A stretch of 64,000 nt of DNA from Epiperipatus broadwayi (taxonomy: Eukaryota > Animalia > Onychophora): NCBI GenBank assembly GCA_028023455.1, contig JAQFVV010000001.1:11594001-11658000 (forward strand), read 5' to 3'. Below, piece by piece: positions 50,956-64,000 of this stretch. The notes beneath the pieces were generated by a model, which saw nothing but the letters and a program-made list of their open reading frames with translations, was not told where the DNA came from and searched no databases. Position 1 is the stretch's first letter. Every line of letters starts with the position of its first letter. The position numbers and the translations under genes are program-made.

Positions 50956-52509
50956 GAAAAGGCAAAATGTATCTTTTCTTGGTTTCTCCCTTCCCATTCA
51001 CAAATCATCATGATTTGAAACATAACAGTAAAAAATATTTTTTATTAACAGATGGCAAACATAAAAAATTGATCCATTTGATGGTTATTGACAAGTATAT
51101 TCTTTTTTCAGTATTATTCCTCCAGCATTTGAAGAATAACTTTTATTACAAAATAAAACAAATTTTATACATTAGTACTTTTTGTCCTTAAAAAATTAAA
51201 TAAAATTTACAAATTCAAATATTTCTCAATTCTTAATTTTGCAATCTTTATAATTGTTATTACCTTTTCTTATTATTCCTAAAAAAAATTAAAAATAAAT
51301 GAAATGTGTGCTTGTCTATATTTATTCCATACACAAGCATTTTAAACCGTTTTACAATCATGTAATATGTTAGACTATTTCTATTATTTCTGAGTGTTAA
51401 ACGTCTTCAGAAAAATTCAATGTTTAAATTTTTCGAATATATTCAACTCTTAGTAAATAACTATTAGCACGAGAATGAATCTACAATTTTTAAATTTGTG
51501 AATACCCAATTTAAGATGAAACTCTCTAATCAATTAAACTATTCTGGTAAATGAATATTTATCAAACATTTCAGTTATTTTAAAATAAAATTAATATTAC
51601 AAGATAATTAAAAATTCATAATCAAAACTAATTAATCTTCTAATCAAAAAACAAACGTTTTTTTTTTTTCCTTATTTAACTATTTCTAGTTATAATACAA
51701 AATAAAGCTATACATATTTTCTTCTAAATACTGTATACCGATACTGAACTTTATTTAAATTTTCTTCCAATTATTTTATTTACAATTTTATTATATGACA
51801 TATACACACACTTGTATAGACTAGTTTAAAAAAAATACTATATAGCAGCTTCAAAGATTAAACAGAAGTTACTATTAATTATCTAGTATTAGCTTTTTTT
51901 TTTTTTGCAAAGAATCCAATTAAATGCATGAGAGCCATTTAAGTGATAAATTCTCTGACGCTAAATTTATTAACACTGTAAAATATTTAAAACTATCGTG
52001 TTATTAGTGACAACAAAGTTATTAAGATAAATGTCAAGTTAACAGGTGGCATCACCATTTACAAAATTCAAATAACAAATGACATTCAGAAATTTCTTAG
52101 GATATGGAATAGCCCTCAATGCATAAACTAATAAATTGATTGGCTAGCTCATGGTCATAAGTTTTTCATGACAATTGAATATAAATTGAACCTCTAAATT
52201 ATTACTAGTCACATTAATTAAAGATCAGTTAATTATAAAAGATTTCTGCTCTGTAGAAATGATGCAGTCTTGTATGGCAATAAATGATGCTATTAAAATG
52301 TTTAACTTTCAAGATTTCTGGCTCAAGATAGATAGATCTCTTACACTGTTTCCGATATTAAGATCCAAGTATTGAAGACTTTATATGTCTATTGAAAAAA
52401 AATGCTATGATGGATTCAGAGCAGTGAGGGTAGTTATTAATTTGCTGATTTAGTATGACAACAGTTAGATGTCTATAGTTAGTTTAGAGTAAGGTAATTG
52501 GATTTTGGA

Positions 52510-52830
52510 AGCAAATCCATAAATGGCTGGGTTTTTTCCTATGAATACTGAATTTTGATTCTTATGAATGTCTGTTTGTAATTCTTTTGATTATTATATC
52601 TGCAAAAAAAGTTCTGAATGTATCTTAATTATGCGTCATTTCAATTGTAAATCTTTTGTATATAAATCTATCTTGTTATGCAAATGGCGATCATTAATCA
52701 TAAAGGCAAATCCATAAATGTTTTTTCCCATGAATGCTGTTTTTTTTTTTTTTGATTTTTATCAATGTCTGTTTGCAATTTCTGAGTATTTTGACTTCAA
52801 ATGTAAATCTTCTGTATATAAATCTATCTC
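52510..52830. repeat. Diverged tandem duplication (~195 bp plus a partial copy)
   Basis: GCAAATCCATAAATG, AATGTCTGTTTG.AATT and TGTAAATCTT.TGTATATAAATCTATCT each occur twice. Confidence 0.7.
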
Positions 52831-52834
52831 AATC

Positions 52835-53600
52835 ATTGCAAGGAAATCAAGTTATATATCATGTGGCTTAATTTACTAAGCTTGTATTACAAATGTTATA
52901 TAATGAGCATGCCAATAGCTCTTAGCAAGCTTTTCAGAACATCCCTATCCCCTGATCGGTTTCTAGCTCTGGCTTTTATCAGTGAGGTGCTAGGATATTC
53001 AAGCGTTAGATTTAAAATACCAGGTCAAGACTAGCACTTTATCTAATGTTTAACTATTAAATAAAAAGTCTGAAATTTTCAGACATCTGTATGTCTTCAA
53101 ATCCAGCTATCTAACTTAAATAGCCATATGGGACTGAACTAATTCAGATATTCCATATATTAATAGCTCTATTAATATAAAATCACCAAAGCCTTAAGAG
53201 TAATAATAATAATTGCATATAACATTTATCTAATATTTGTAATACAAGCTTATTAAGTCACGTGATATATGACTTCATTTCCTTGCAATTATTATTGTTC
53301 TTAAGGCTTTGGAGATTTTATATCGCTAAAGCTATTAATATATGGTATATCTGAACTTAGTTCAGTCCCATATGGCTATTTAAGCTAGATAGCTGGATTT
53401 GAAGACATATGGATGTCTGAAAATTTCAGATTTTTTATTTAATAATTAAACATTAAATAAAGTGCTGGGCTTGGCCTAGAATTTTAAATCTAATGTTTGA
53501 ATACCCTATCACCTCACTGACAAACGCCAGAGACACAAATCAGTTTGGGGATAGGGATGTTCTGAAGAGCTTAAGAATTATTGGCACACTCATTATATAA
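52835..53600. mobile_element. Two head-to-head full-length monomers (~377-378 bp) of the hammerhead element family, both with degenerate hammerheads
   Basis: Minus monomer 53217-52835 has its HHR at 52949-52987 (CUGAUAA AAGC caga GCUA GAAA C CG A UC). Plus monomer 53218-53600 has a heavily mutated HHR at 53512-53550. Both are homologous to the 21549-22642 unit (TCTGAAATTTTCAGACATCT..ATGT.TTCAAA.CCAGCTATC). Confidence 0.85.
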
Positions 53601-55169
53601 TATAAATTTATCTCTTATGAAAATGGAAATCATTAATCACAAGTAATTATGAGTTAAACAAAATAAATAATAATGTACCAATAGTTCTAGATGACAGGAC
53701 AAGCTTTGAATCTTGGTAGCAGTGTTTGATATTTCTTATTATATATCATCAACAATTTTCTAAAGCTTTAGATTCACTTAAGAGTCCCTACCTTTGCATT
53801 TTCAAGCAAACATTCTTCAGGTTTATTGCCTTAGTAAATATTAAGATAAACTGAAAGAATAGTAATTTTTTAAGTAGTAGTAATAGTTTTTGTTCATATG
53901 GTAGTGATATATTGTTAATTAAAAAAAAAATCAATAATTTAAAATATCTGGAATAAGATGTCATATCTTGCTTAAAATCAAAAATTAAATTTTATATAAG
54001 AAAAATAAGAAAGGTGGGGGAGAGGGTATCAATCTTACCCAATTTTTTTTTCATCTCTATGAAATTCAATAGAATACTAAAGTCAGTTCAAAATGTACCA
54101 AGATCATTATTAAATTGGAAAAAGATTGTTAAATTAGAAATTACAATTATAAAAAGTTACAATAGTATATAATATAATTAAATAAATTATTTTATTGTAG
54201 AGACTATTTGTATATACTTCAATCATGTATATGTTACTAAAAATTATAATTCAATGCATTAATTTAGCATTTTATAAAAACTAAATATAATGTTGAAATC
54301 ATTTTAATTGTTAGTTTATTAGATATATCTACTTAACCAAATGAAGAACTACATAAGAGAAAGCAAGTAAATAAATACGTCATTTACATAAACTTCTAGA
54401 ATATGAAATATATCTTAAATTTTTGAAATTTCATATATAATATCAAATCAAAAATAAAAAAATATTTTAATTCATAAACTATTAAAAAAATTTAAAAATA
54501 TAGTTAATAGCAGTTTGATATGCAATTCCATTTATCAAATTATGGTTGAATTGCAGCTATAGCACTACTGAAAGCACAAGAAGTTTAGCAAAAGTCAATA
54601 AAAACATTTTGCAAAAATTAGCAGATATATTATGATAATTATAATAAAAATTGTTTTATTATTGTTAGATTTTGTATTCCAAAAATTAGATCCTCATTAT
54701 TATACAAAAAATAATATATTAACAAAACAATGAGTTTTGTTATAATGCACTTGTTCTTAAAAACAACTAGAAAATATATATGCATTAGTTGATATATGTA
54801 TTTGTGTGCATGTGTGGCCACAAAATATAAATATTATTACATATCATAATTAGAATAAATTAGTAGGAACATCTATGGTACTTTCATTAAAATGGTATAA
54901 GACCATCATTTTCATTTAAGAAAATAAATGGAGTGGAAACAAGCTTTCAAAGAAATATCAATGGAGGATATCAATCTCTTTATTGCATAAGTTGCATCAG
55001 CAATATATGAAATGAATCGGATACCATAAAATATTCAAATAATCTGCAGCACAATATAACACAATGGTAAAAAGTGAGTCTGGCTGGCATATATATTTTC
55101 ATAACTGCAATAAGTGTTTATGAAAAACTAAATGATGATATGATATATACTTCCACTTATCAAGTGGCC

Positions 55170-57860
55170 CATGTTATATCATTCAAAACTAAAATTAGTG
55201 GCTTTGAAATGTCAACTTGATTCTAACTATTCTGCTCATAAAGGCATTAAGAATTATTTTGGCAGATACAAAGTATTCTGATGTGATATCTCTATCAAGA
55301 TTTGTTCCATTGATTATTGACACAATGCATTCTAAACACAGTATGGTTATTTTTGTTTCAAACCATCTTATAAAGCATACAACTTCTGTTGAAGATAGTT
55401 CAAATTATGCTACAATATTATTTGGACAAATCATTTTCATGAATGTAATATTTACAAACCCTCCAATACAAATTGACCCTATATTCTTCATGCAGATCTT
55501 CCTGTAACTGCAATTATATATTTAAATTTCATAGCAGTCTTTGGGGATATGCAAATGAGGACCAAGTAGGTTGTCAACATTTAGAAAAGATGAATTTAAA
55601 CAATATACATTAATTCTATGATGCAAAGCAAAAAGAAACATTCCATTTAAGCAGATGGAGAAACAATTCTTGATTTATGTTTTATTACACCAAAAAATGA
55701 TTTATCATTACTTATTATACTTACTGGATTTTTCTCCCATAACTAATATAAACTAAGTTTAATCACTTTTAGAATTCACATTACTAATTGAAAGTTATCC
55801 AGTTCTGAGATGGAATTTATGAAATATTAATAAAATCTCTCCAATTCCTTCTTGCTATAAATTTAAAAAACATGCAACAACTTCCAAAAATTCCATATCT
55901 CATGAACATCAAATTCATTCCAAGTTGGAACAAAATCAATAGTACTCTTTTACAGCTAGTAATTGCCGACAAATTTGTAAAATCATTGAACTATTTCAGA
56001 AAAAAAAAAAGTGAAGAGAGACCATGAAGATATAAATTATTTCACAAGGTCAAGTCATAAAGCCTGGTCATTGTTATGAAAGCTTGGAGGATGTAAAATT
56101 ACTTCTGAAAGATCCACAATTGTTAGTTAATGCTAATGAAGTTTGCCTCATTTCCAAATCCAAGATTGATAAAATGAAAAAAAAAAAACATCATTATCAG
56201 AAACAGAAATTTTTTTTCACAATGTTCTTAAATATTAATATAATAAAACTAATAGATGTTGAATTTGCCCTTGATTGTCTTAAGTCACAAAAGGCTCCAT
56301 GAACAGATATTATACTTTCAGAGTTTCTAAAAAATTTACTATATAAAGTTAAAGCAGGTTTGGCAAAACTATTCAGTAATATTATTCATGTAGAAACTAT
56401 TCCAAAAATTAGCCATAAAAGCAAAACTACATCAATATCAAAACCAAATAAATTCAGCAATGACCCAAAAAATTATCATTCAATATCATTATTATGGGCT
56501 CCCTAAACAAGATTTTTTAAATGAATTATACAAACAAGAATTTTGACAATAATTGAGAGCTATCTAATTATAGAGCAAGCTAGTTTAGGCATGAAGAAGC
56601 TACTGTGAGCAAATTTTCTATTTAACAACTTATATTTTAAAAAAAGGCTTTCAAAATAAATTAAAAACTGATACTATTTTTACTGATCTAACCTCAGCTT
56701 AAAATAGTGCTTGGAAAAATGATCTAAAATTTTCTAAAATTCTTAAATGGAAAAAATCAATTTATTTGACAAAATGCTAGACAATTTCAATTGGCACTAA
56801 ATAATTAATCATAACAGATAAAAAAAATTTACAGAACAGTCTACCACATGATTCAGTTTTCACTTATTTTAATATATTCATAAGTGATCTTTCATATACA
56901 AAAATGCAGGAAATTAATCTATGATTATATTGTTTTAACTTCTCAAAAGAATTTTTTCTTGAAATAAAAAAAATTCTCAATAAAGATTTAAAAAGATTGG
57001 AAATCTTTTTCAAAAACTGACTTCTTATTACTCATTCAGTGAAGACATTCAATTGTTCATAAAAACAACAGAGAAATTATCTCATAATATGAATATAAAC
57101 TTTTGCTATACTAGATTGAAACATAAACATACACCATAATATTTAAAAATAACTTTGGATCATAGGTTAACTTATTTTCTTCACATTAAGTCAAAATTAA
57201 TTATTACTTGGGATTGTGATGCAAATTCTTTACAAGAAGTTTCCTTAGTTTTAGCATATTCTGCTGATGAATAATTTCTTCTGGTTAAAAGAATAACTCC
57301 TCACATTAAACTTCTGAATACTCAGTTAAATATTACCGAGAAAAATATTGCTGGTTCACTCAAGTCTACCCCTTTACTGTAGCTTTCTGTTTTTTCACAT
57401 ATTCCCCCGCAAGATATCAGAAGAAAAGTTGCTTCATAAAAAATGTACAAAAAACTGATAAGCAGTCTGGATTTGTGAAAAATTCAAGTACTGTATCCTA
57501 TCTGAGACTTGACTCAAATCAAGATCTCCTTTTTTGATGTTCAATATAATCTCAATTAAAGAATTATGCACAAAAAATGAAATTTTTTTGAGGTTCTTAA
57601 CAAATTTCTTTTTCCAGATCCAACAACAAAGCCAGTTGAATTTGATCTTCCCTGATGCAACTAGAGTCTCATCAACAGATCCAGAATAACCCATGGTCAT
57701 TGTACTTGTTTCATAAATCAAATTTAAGTCACTAATCTGTGTAAAAATAGGCAAATGCAAACCATGAACTACATAGTTAATGATTGTCAACTCTATGACT
57801 ATATGGCACAATTGAAGGAATTAATAAATCAATTAGTGAATATATCTCTTAGTTGGAATC
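55170..57860 (+). mobile_element. Near full-length but heavily decayed Ingi/Vingi-clade LINE (APE-RT-C-terminal domain)
   Basis: FKFHSSLWGYANED and YDAKQKETFHLSRW (APE); LKSQKAP, DPKNYHSISLL, GFQNKLKTDTIFTDLTSA and YLKITLDHRLT (RT); GSLKSTPL, PPQDIRR and DPTTKPVEFDLP (C-terminus). Many stops. Confidence 0.8.
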
Positions 57861-59652
57861 TCAAAGGCTGCTTTATGATATCTTCTTTAATAGTTATTAA
57901 TTAAACTGTCAAAAAAAAAAATCCATATGTTAATATATACTAAGTATTTTTCTGTTCATAATTGGTTTATGCATTTTATGCTAAAAAAAAAACAAGCAGC
58001 CTATTATTTTGGATATTGATGTTACAAATAATCAGAAGCTAACAATATGATCCCCTACAAACTCAGATGTATCCCACATTTTTTATTATAGACTTATGTC
58101 AGCATGGAACAATGTTTAAAATATAGTGCTAATATGGCAGATGTTTCAATTATTTTGTTTAATCTCTGTATCAAATCCAAAAAATACTAAAGTCCAGGTT
58201 TAAAAATAAATTTATTTGAACTAAAACGTTCATATAAAAAATTTAATAATGAATTAATACATTCTAATTTACACTCACCATTTTACAAGTATACCAATTT
58301 GTAATCTTTCTAGATATTCAAAAATAAATTTAAATGGATGGCAGTTATTATTATATAATTTAAACAATGCTTTTTTAAAATTAAAAAACAACACATATAT
58401 AATTTTGCGTTATCATAGGAAACTGCAGAATTAAATGCAAGATTTAAGTCTTTCTTTTAAAAAAAATAATAATTATACAATTAAAGGTCTCTGAGGCATG
58501 CACAAATTATAATGAGCTTTTTTATCCCAAAATTCCACTCCTTTCCAACCACACCATCCCTATAAAAAAAAAAAAAAACCATGTATAAATAAAATATGGC
58601 ATGAGTGACTAAAAGAGAAATTAAATCTCACTAAAATATGAAATCATCATAAGTACAAGATGCTTGATCAAATTTAAAATAATAATGCTAAATTCCTTAC
58701 TCATTCATGATGGCATTGTTTCTTCAAAGATTTGAAATAAAGTAATATATATAGTATTTGTATCTACTTCAGCAATTTTATGTGAGTCTAAGGGAAATCA
58801 CTGTGAACAGAGAGATTGATAATGATTTCCTTTATATACTTTAAAAGCAATAATCTATTTGTTTCCCATTTTAGACCTGCACATCATATTAAATAAAACA
58901 ACTGAATTTTTGAGTGACAAATCTAAGATATCTAAAAACTTCAATTATGTTAAATATAACATTTAAAAGATTATTTTAAATGAAGCAAAGTAATCATTCT
59001 TCTTAAAAACACTAAATAAATTTTGTTAAAACAAAGGTAAATTATCAAACAATTATCAAATGTTATTGATTGGTCATAGTTCTCAAATGCTTTTTTTACT
59101 CAATCTATATTTGGAAAGTGAACTTGATTGATGTTCAATCATAAATGAAATAAAAATGCTTTAAATTTATAATTTTTTTAAATATGAGAATGGTTCTTAA
59201 AATTAAGCCTGGATAATTTCCTATTACACGATTGATAAAAATCTCCATTTTCAAGTGAAAAAAAATCTTATTATTATTAGCATTCACAAATTGAAACATA
59301 ATTCACTTCAATTTGTGAATCATATGTTTATTTGTATAATAAAAAGATTTGGATGTCAAACAACTAAATAGAATTATTATTCTACCCAAAATTACAATAT
59401 TGATTTAATCATAATAATCTCTGACTTTAATGTTGAAGCAATGTTTTTTATTTTATAATATACATATATGTATATACTGAGATGCTTCAATTTCTCATTA
59501 TCTATATCATCATTTTACAATATGAAATAATTTAAATCTTACTTTAAAAAATGTTAGTTTGATATATATATAATACATAAATTATAATAAAAAAACTTCA
59601 TTAAGTTGTATAAACTTACTATTTTCTTTTAATTGTGGAAAAATATATATAT

Positions 59653-61842
59653 TGTAACGAGCATAGACGTTCGTTACATTGTTTTTTTTTTATATATTTA
59701 TTAAACATGAAAGTAAATTAAAAAGTTCGCATTTAAAAATTTTCTTTAAAAATTAAAAATTGAAATTAAATATCATCTTAAACTTGTATATATTAAATCG
59801 CACAGATAATGAAAAATTATTAAAATAAAACTTTATTAAAGAAAAAGTATTTTAAAACTAAATTTTAAAAAGATTTGGAGATAAAATTATATCTTTAAAT
59901 TTATCTTTAAATATATCTTTGATTTGGAAAACAGGTTAATTAATCAGAAATGGAAATGATAAATTTAATTAGTCAAATGTAAAGCAGCCTTGGGCATTTA
60001 AATGTAAAAACATCGGTCAGATAGGAAAACAATAAAAACTTTTAGCGAATGAAATAAATCCATTGGGAAATTGGACCTCAACGAAAAGGATCATCACATT
60101 GATGACGTAATGTTAAGGCAATCCTTCAAATGAATATAAAAGGACAAGGTTGAAAATTATTAGTGATTGGAAATTGATTATTACGATGTGACTATGGTGG
60201 AGGAATTGACAGACGCACTGTCAATTCTTTCAGCTGTTAAAGAAAGGAGAAATGAACTATCGTTTCCTACATTGAGGACCAATTAAACTAAAAAAAACCT
60301 CCGAATGAATAAGTAAAACAACGGCTAAATGGATACCAATCTTAGGACGGCGTGGGAATTCACGTTCATGGCAAGCAACGGATAAAGACGAACTGTTTTA
60401 AACCGTAAGAACTTTATAAATAATGAACATTAAATTAAAATTTTCTATATTTAAATGATTGCAATATGATCCTATCTGACCAAACTCAATTCTTTATTAA
60501 TAGTGTTATTTGATGTATTTTTTTTCTTATTTATGTAAAATCATTTCCATTTATTTATTTTTTATTCTTTAAGTTTTTATCATAATTTTTTCGTTTGTCG
60601 TTAAATTAATTATATAAATGTTAAACTTAAGTCGGGCGTGAATGGCTGTATAGATTTGTAAAGTTATATTAGGGGAGGGTAATCTTAGGTTATTTGTTTC
60701 GTGGTTAAATTGGGTCAATGGATTGGATATATTGGTGTGATTAGTAGATGTAATATTGATTCGCTATGGGCAGAATCGCTTCATACGCCGCACACTTCCG
60801 TTTGCCTATGGAAGGAATTATAAGTCGGATACCGCAGTTCCTTTCTATGGAGTTTTTTGTTTTATTGCTCTTCTTTGCAGATAGATGTAATATTCCTATC
60901 TCATGAGAAGCAATTTCTTCTCTTAACTTTTTGTGCTGCCGTATTTTATTACATTGAATACATCGATATATCAGATGAATTGATGCCGGTTTGACTACGA
61001 ATTTTAACCTAAGGTTAAATAGGGATAGAATGTTTATTTTCAAAAGCAAATCTATGTGGTCTATTCATACTTGACCCTAAATAAAAATGCATTAAATTTA
61101 AGTTGTTTATAGACGCTTGCATGGATTGGTTATCGGTTAAGTATGTTTTGGGTTTTCATATTTGATCAAAATATATAGACATTCGATAAATAATGATACC
61201 TTACGGTGAGTATCTAAAATGTATTTATTCGGATGTCTTTTAAGTTATTGGTGACAATGCAAGTATCTTATGGTGAATACTATTGGGTTACATATAAATT
61301 TCCCTCCGCAATTGTCAGTAATCAATAATTTTGTATTTTGATCGTTTATGTTTCTTTTGAAATGTTTTTGACCGTGAAATCTATGTAACCGATCTATATT
61401 CAACATTATAAACAAGCTTTCATAAATTTATATGTGCGAACTTAATTAAAATGTAAAATTATAATATAATAGTAATTAAATGTAAATTAAAGTAAAGTTA
61501 AAAATAATGTTAAATGTTAAAATGTAAACTGATACTAAGACAATTTTAAATCTTATATATATATATGTGCGTAAATAAATTTTTGTATGTTAATTACTGG
61601 CAGTGGCTTATTTTATTCTTTTTTTTATATATACTCTTAGATTATCTTATTAAATCTCTGCTATTCCACTGAGCTAGTGACATGGGCTAACGACCGGAAT
61701 CAAAATTTTAAAAAAAAAAAAAAAATTTTTTTTTTTTTTTGACTGACGTATCTGCCTACTTTATAAATTTTTCTAGGTTCAAATGCCTAGATGGCGCCCT
61801 GTAGTGCAGATTACGTGAAGTCACCTACTCCAGATCGTTACA
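59653..61842. mobile_element. Unclassified 2190-bp element with TGTAACGA...TCGTTACA termini and ATAT flanks
   Basis: 8-bp terminal inverted repeat with TG..CA ends, ATAT on both sides, and a CpG-retaining interior. No intact ORF. Confidence 0.5.
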
Positions 61843-63789
61843 ATATATTTTCTTTCTTTGATTTAAAAAAAGTACTCTAATAGATTTGTATAATATTAAT
61901 TTAAAAACATATCTACTTTGGTTAAAATTAATTTTAAAACCATGAAATTTCTAAAGTTAATTGTTTTTGAAAGTGAATATCTATTTGTTGGTATAAAGAC
62001 TACTTACAATATTTATTGAATTTTTTGAGCTAATTAAAAATTATAGATATCAATTCGTTTTTTTTAGTTATATATTAGAAATAGACCCAGTACATTTCGC
62101 AAGCTGAAAATTTAATATAAAATAACCATCACTCCCCCAATGCTATGTTTTTCCACAAATACTATTTTGTGAGTATCTTTACTCACAAGGTAGCATTTTC
62201 TGAAAAAATATAGCAGTGGTAGAGCGATAGACATTTTATGGTTATATATTCAACATTTGATGCCAAACTCTTCAAGTTGTTATGTATTTGGCTAACCAAA
62301 TGCGGGCCTAAAAAGGATATCATTATAATACATAAATATATTCAAAGATTAAATCAAATGTTATTCTTCCAAAAATATTTTTTAAAAATATAGAATGAGA
62401 TACAAATAATTTCTGCTGCGATAACATAACTAAAAAAAGTGTCAAAAGATTTTTTTTTCATATATTAAAATTATTTAATGAAAATCAATGTCAAACCAAA
62501 ATGATTTTAATAAGAATAAGCAAATTATAAAGTTAAAATAATACCAAAAATTATGAGCTTATATGCTTGTTAGAGAAGCTATATTTATTAATATTTATTT
62601 ATGCTTAGCACTTTCAAAGCTCCATGGCTTCATATTCATAGATGAGTGCAGTTGCTAAGACAAAATCAATTGTAGCAATATATATTATTTTAATAAAATA
62701 AAAAGCATTTTAATTTTGAATTTAAATATAAATACATAATATTGTATTTAATATCTTAACAAATGTGATATCGAAGTAGCTAAAAGGCAGGTTCCATTTA
62801 ATTGATCTAAATGATTATAATTTTTTTTTTTAAATTCACAAACTAAAATATAACAAATTCTCATAAACAAAGAAAGGAAACAAAAATGTACACAAGATAT
62901 CAAAAGATATTATGTATGTAATTAAGAAACCAAAATATATAATAAGTCTATAACACTGTCTACAAAATTTCAATTGCTACTTACAAACTATATCAGCAAC
63001 CACACCATATTTAGTAAAAAATAATATATTAAATATATAGCAGAAACTGAAACGATGCAATTAGATAATAATAGATTGCCATGCACTATGGCTAATTTAT
63101 TGAAAATATGGGTAAACAAAATAAATGGTATGGAACAAGATATTTTCCAAATCATACCATCGCTTTCTCGAAATATAGAGAGTCATTTCTAACCATTTTT
63201 AACAACTTGTGAAAGAGTGAATAATCATTGTACAGCAATTAGCAATTATCAATAATAAACTTAATGTATTTTTAAAAATACATATTGCAAATTTTTTATT
63301 CTTAAAAATAAGATTTTTATCTTAAAAAAATGTATGAATAAAATAGCATTACTCATCAATATATATGGATTGCTTAATGATTTATATCAAAAATCTTAAC
63401 ATTTATAAGTTTTAAAAAACATATTTCATAGCAATGTTTTTTGTTATCTATAAAAAAAATTAAGAAATTTAAATTATTTTTGTTATTTTAATATAGTTAT
63501 CATTTATATAAAGTCCCAGCATAAATTATGATATTTTTTATTATTTTGATTATTTTACAGTACTTTAGAATCAAATAATAAATTGAAATGAAATAACCAA
63601 AGTAATAAAAAATATACAATAATAAATTCCATAATTTAAACAACTCATTCTAGAGTCAAATGTCAATCCTGAATTCAAGGATTTGTGTTTACTCAAAATT
63701 GTAAATATAATTTTGAAATTTTGACAAATATTAAATGAAATTTAAAGGCAATAATGTCATTTACTATAAATTTCAAATTAATGATGTAA

Positions 63790-63900
63790 TATTTAGTATT
63801 TGCCTGAAGGTTTGTGATGATAACATTTTAGTTTTATTTATATGTTGGACAAATTCCATCATCTAAAAATCTTCTAAAGACATTCAATATTTATATATTA
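63790..63900 (+). repeat. Dispersed repeat, second copy at about 42295-42410/42525-42545
   Basis: CTGAAGGTTTGTGATGAT.ACATTTTAGTT.TATTTATATG.TGGAC and AAAGACATTC.ATATTTA are shared. Confidence 0.7.
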
Positions 63901-64000
63901 GATGATGGAAGTAATCCAATATACAAATACAACTGATGAAATAATATATTTATTTGTAAAAAATGTTTTTTCTTATTTACTTATAATTTAAATAACAATA

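Noticed and set aside
57434-57811. 125-aa minus-strand ORF
   Set aside because: Antisense to the Vingi-like C-terminal region.
60741-61049. 102-aa minus-strand ORF
   Set aside because: No recognisable domain. It may be a frame of a decayed LINE fragment, but the motif evidence is too weak.

Overview
Very AT-rich, CpG-depleted eukaryotic DNA, probably an invertebrate animal; the organism cannot be identified from the sequence. Most of the window is non-coding and filled with transposon relics. A minus-strand host gene is supported by two phase-compatible coding exons (10847-9965 and 259-<1); the first encodes three TQT motifs. The mobile elements are: a nearly intact RTE-clade LINE (APE+RT, one 1-bp frameshift) nested inside an old copy of its own family, two more RTE relics, an internally deleted Gypsy LTR element, a decayed Ingi/Vingi LINE, zinc-knuckle LINE 3' relics, a hAT Buster relic, MITEs and two tRNA-derived SINEs. 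The main find is a family of ORF-less ~380-430 bp elements carrying minimal type I hammerhead ribozymes with a palindromic helix III. About 11 motifs lie between 21.6 and 53.6 kb, arranged as a 2.5-mer tandem array, fold-backs, and two head-to-head monomers in different circular permutations, with compensatory changes in helix II. This fits a non-LTR retrozyme or non-autonomous Penelope-like system that may use a circular RNA. All alignments, folds and coordinates were read by eye, and relic boundaries are approximate.
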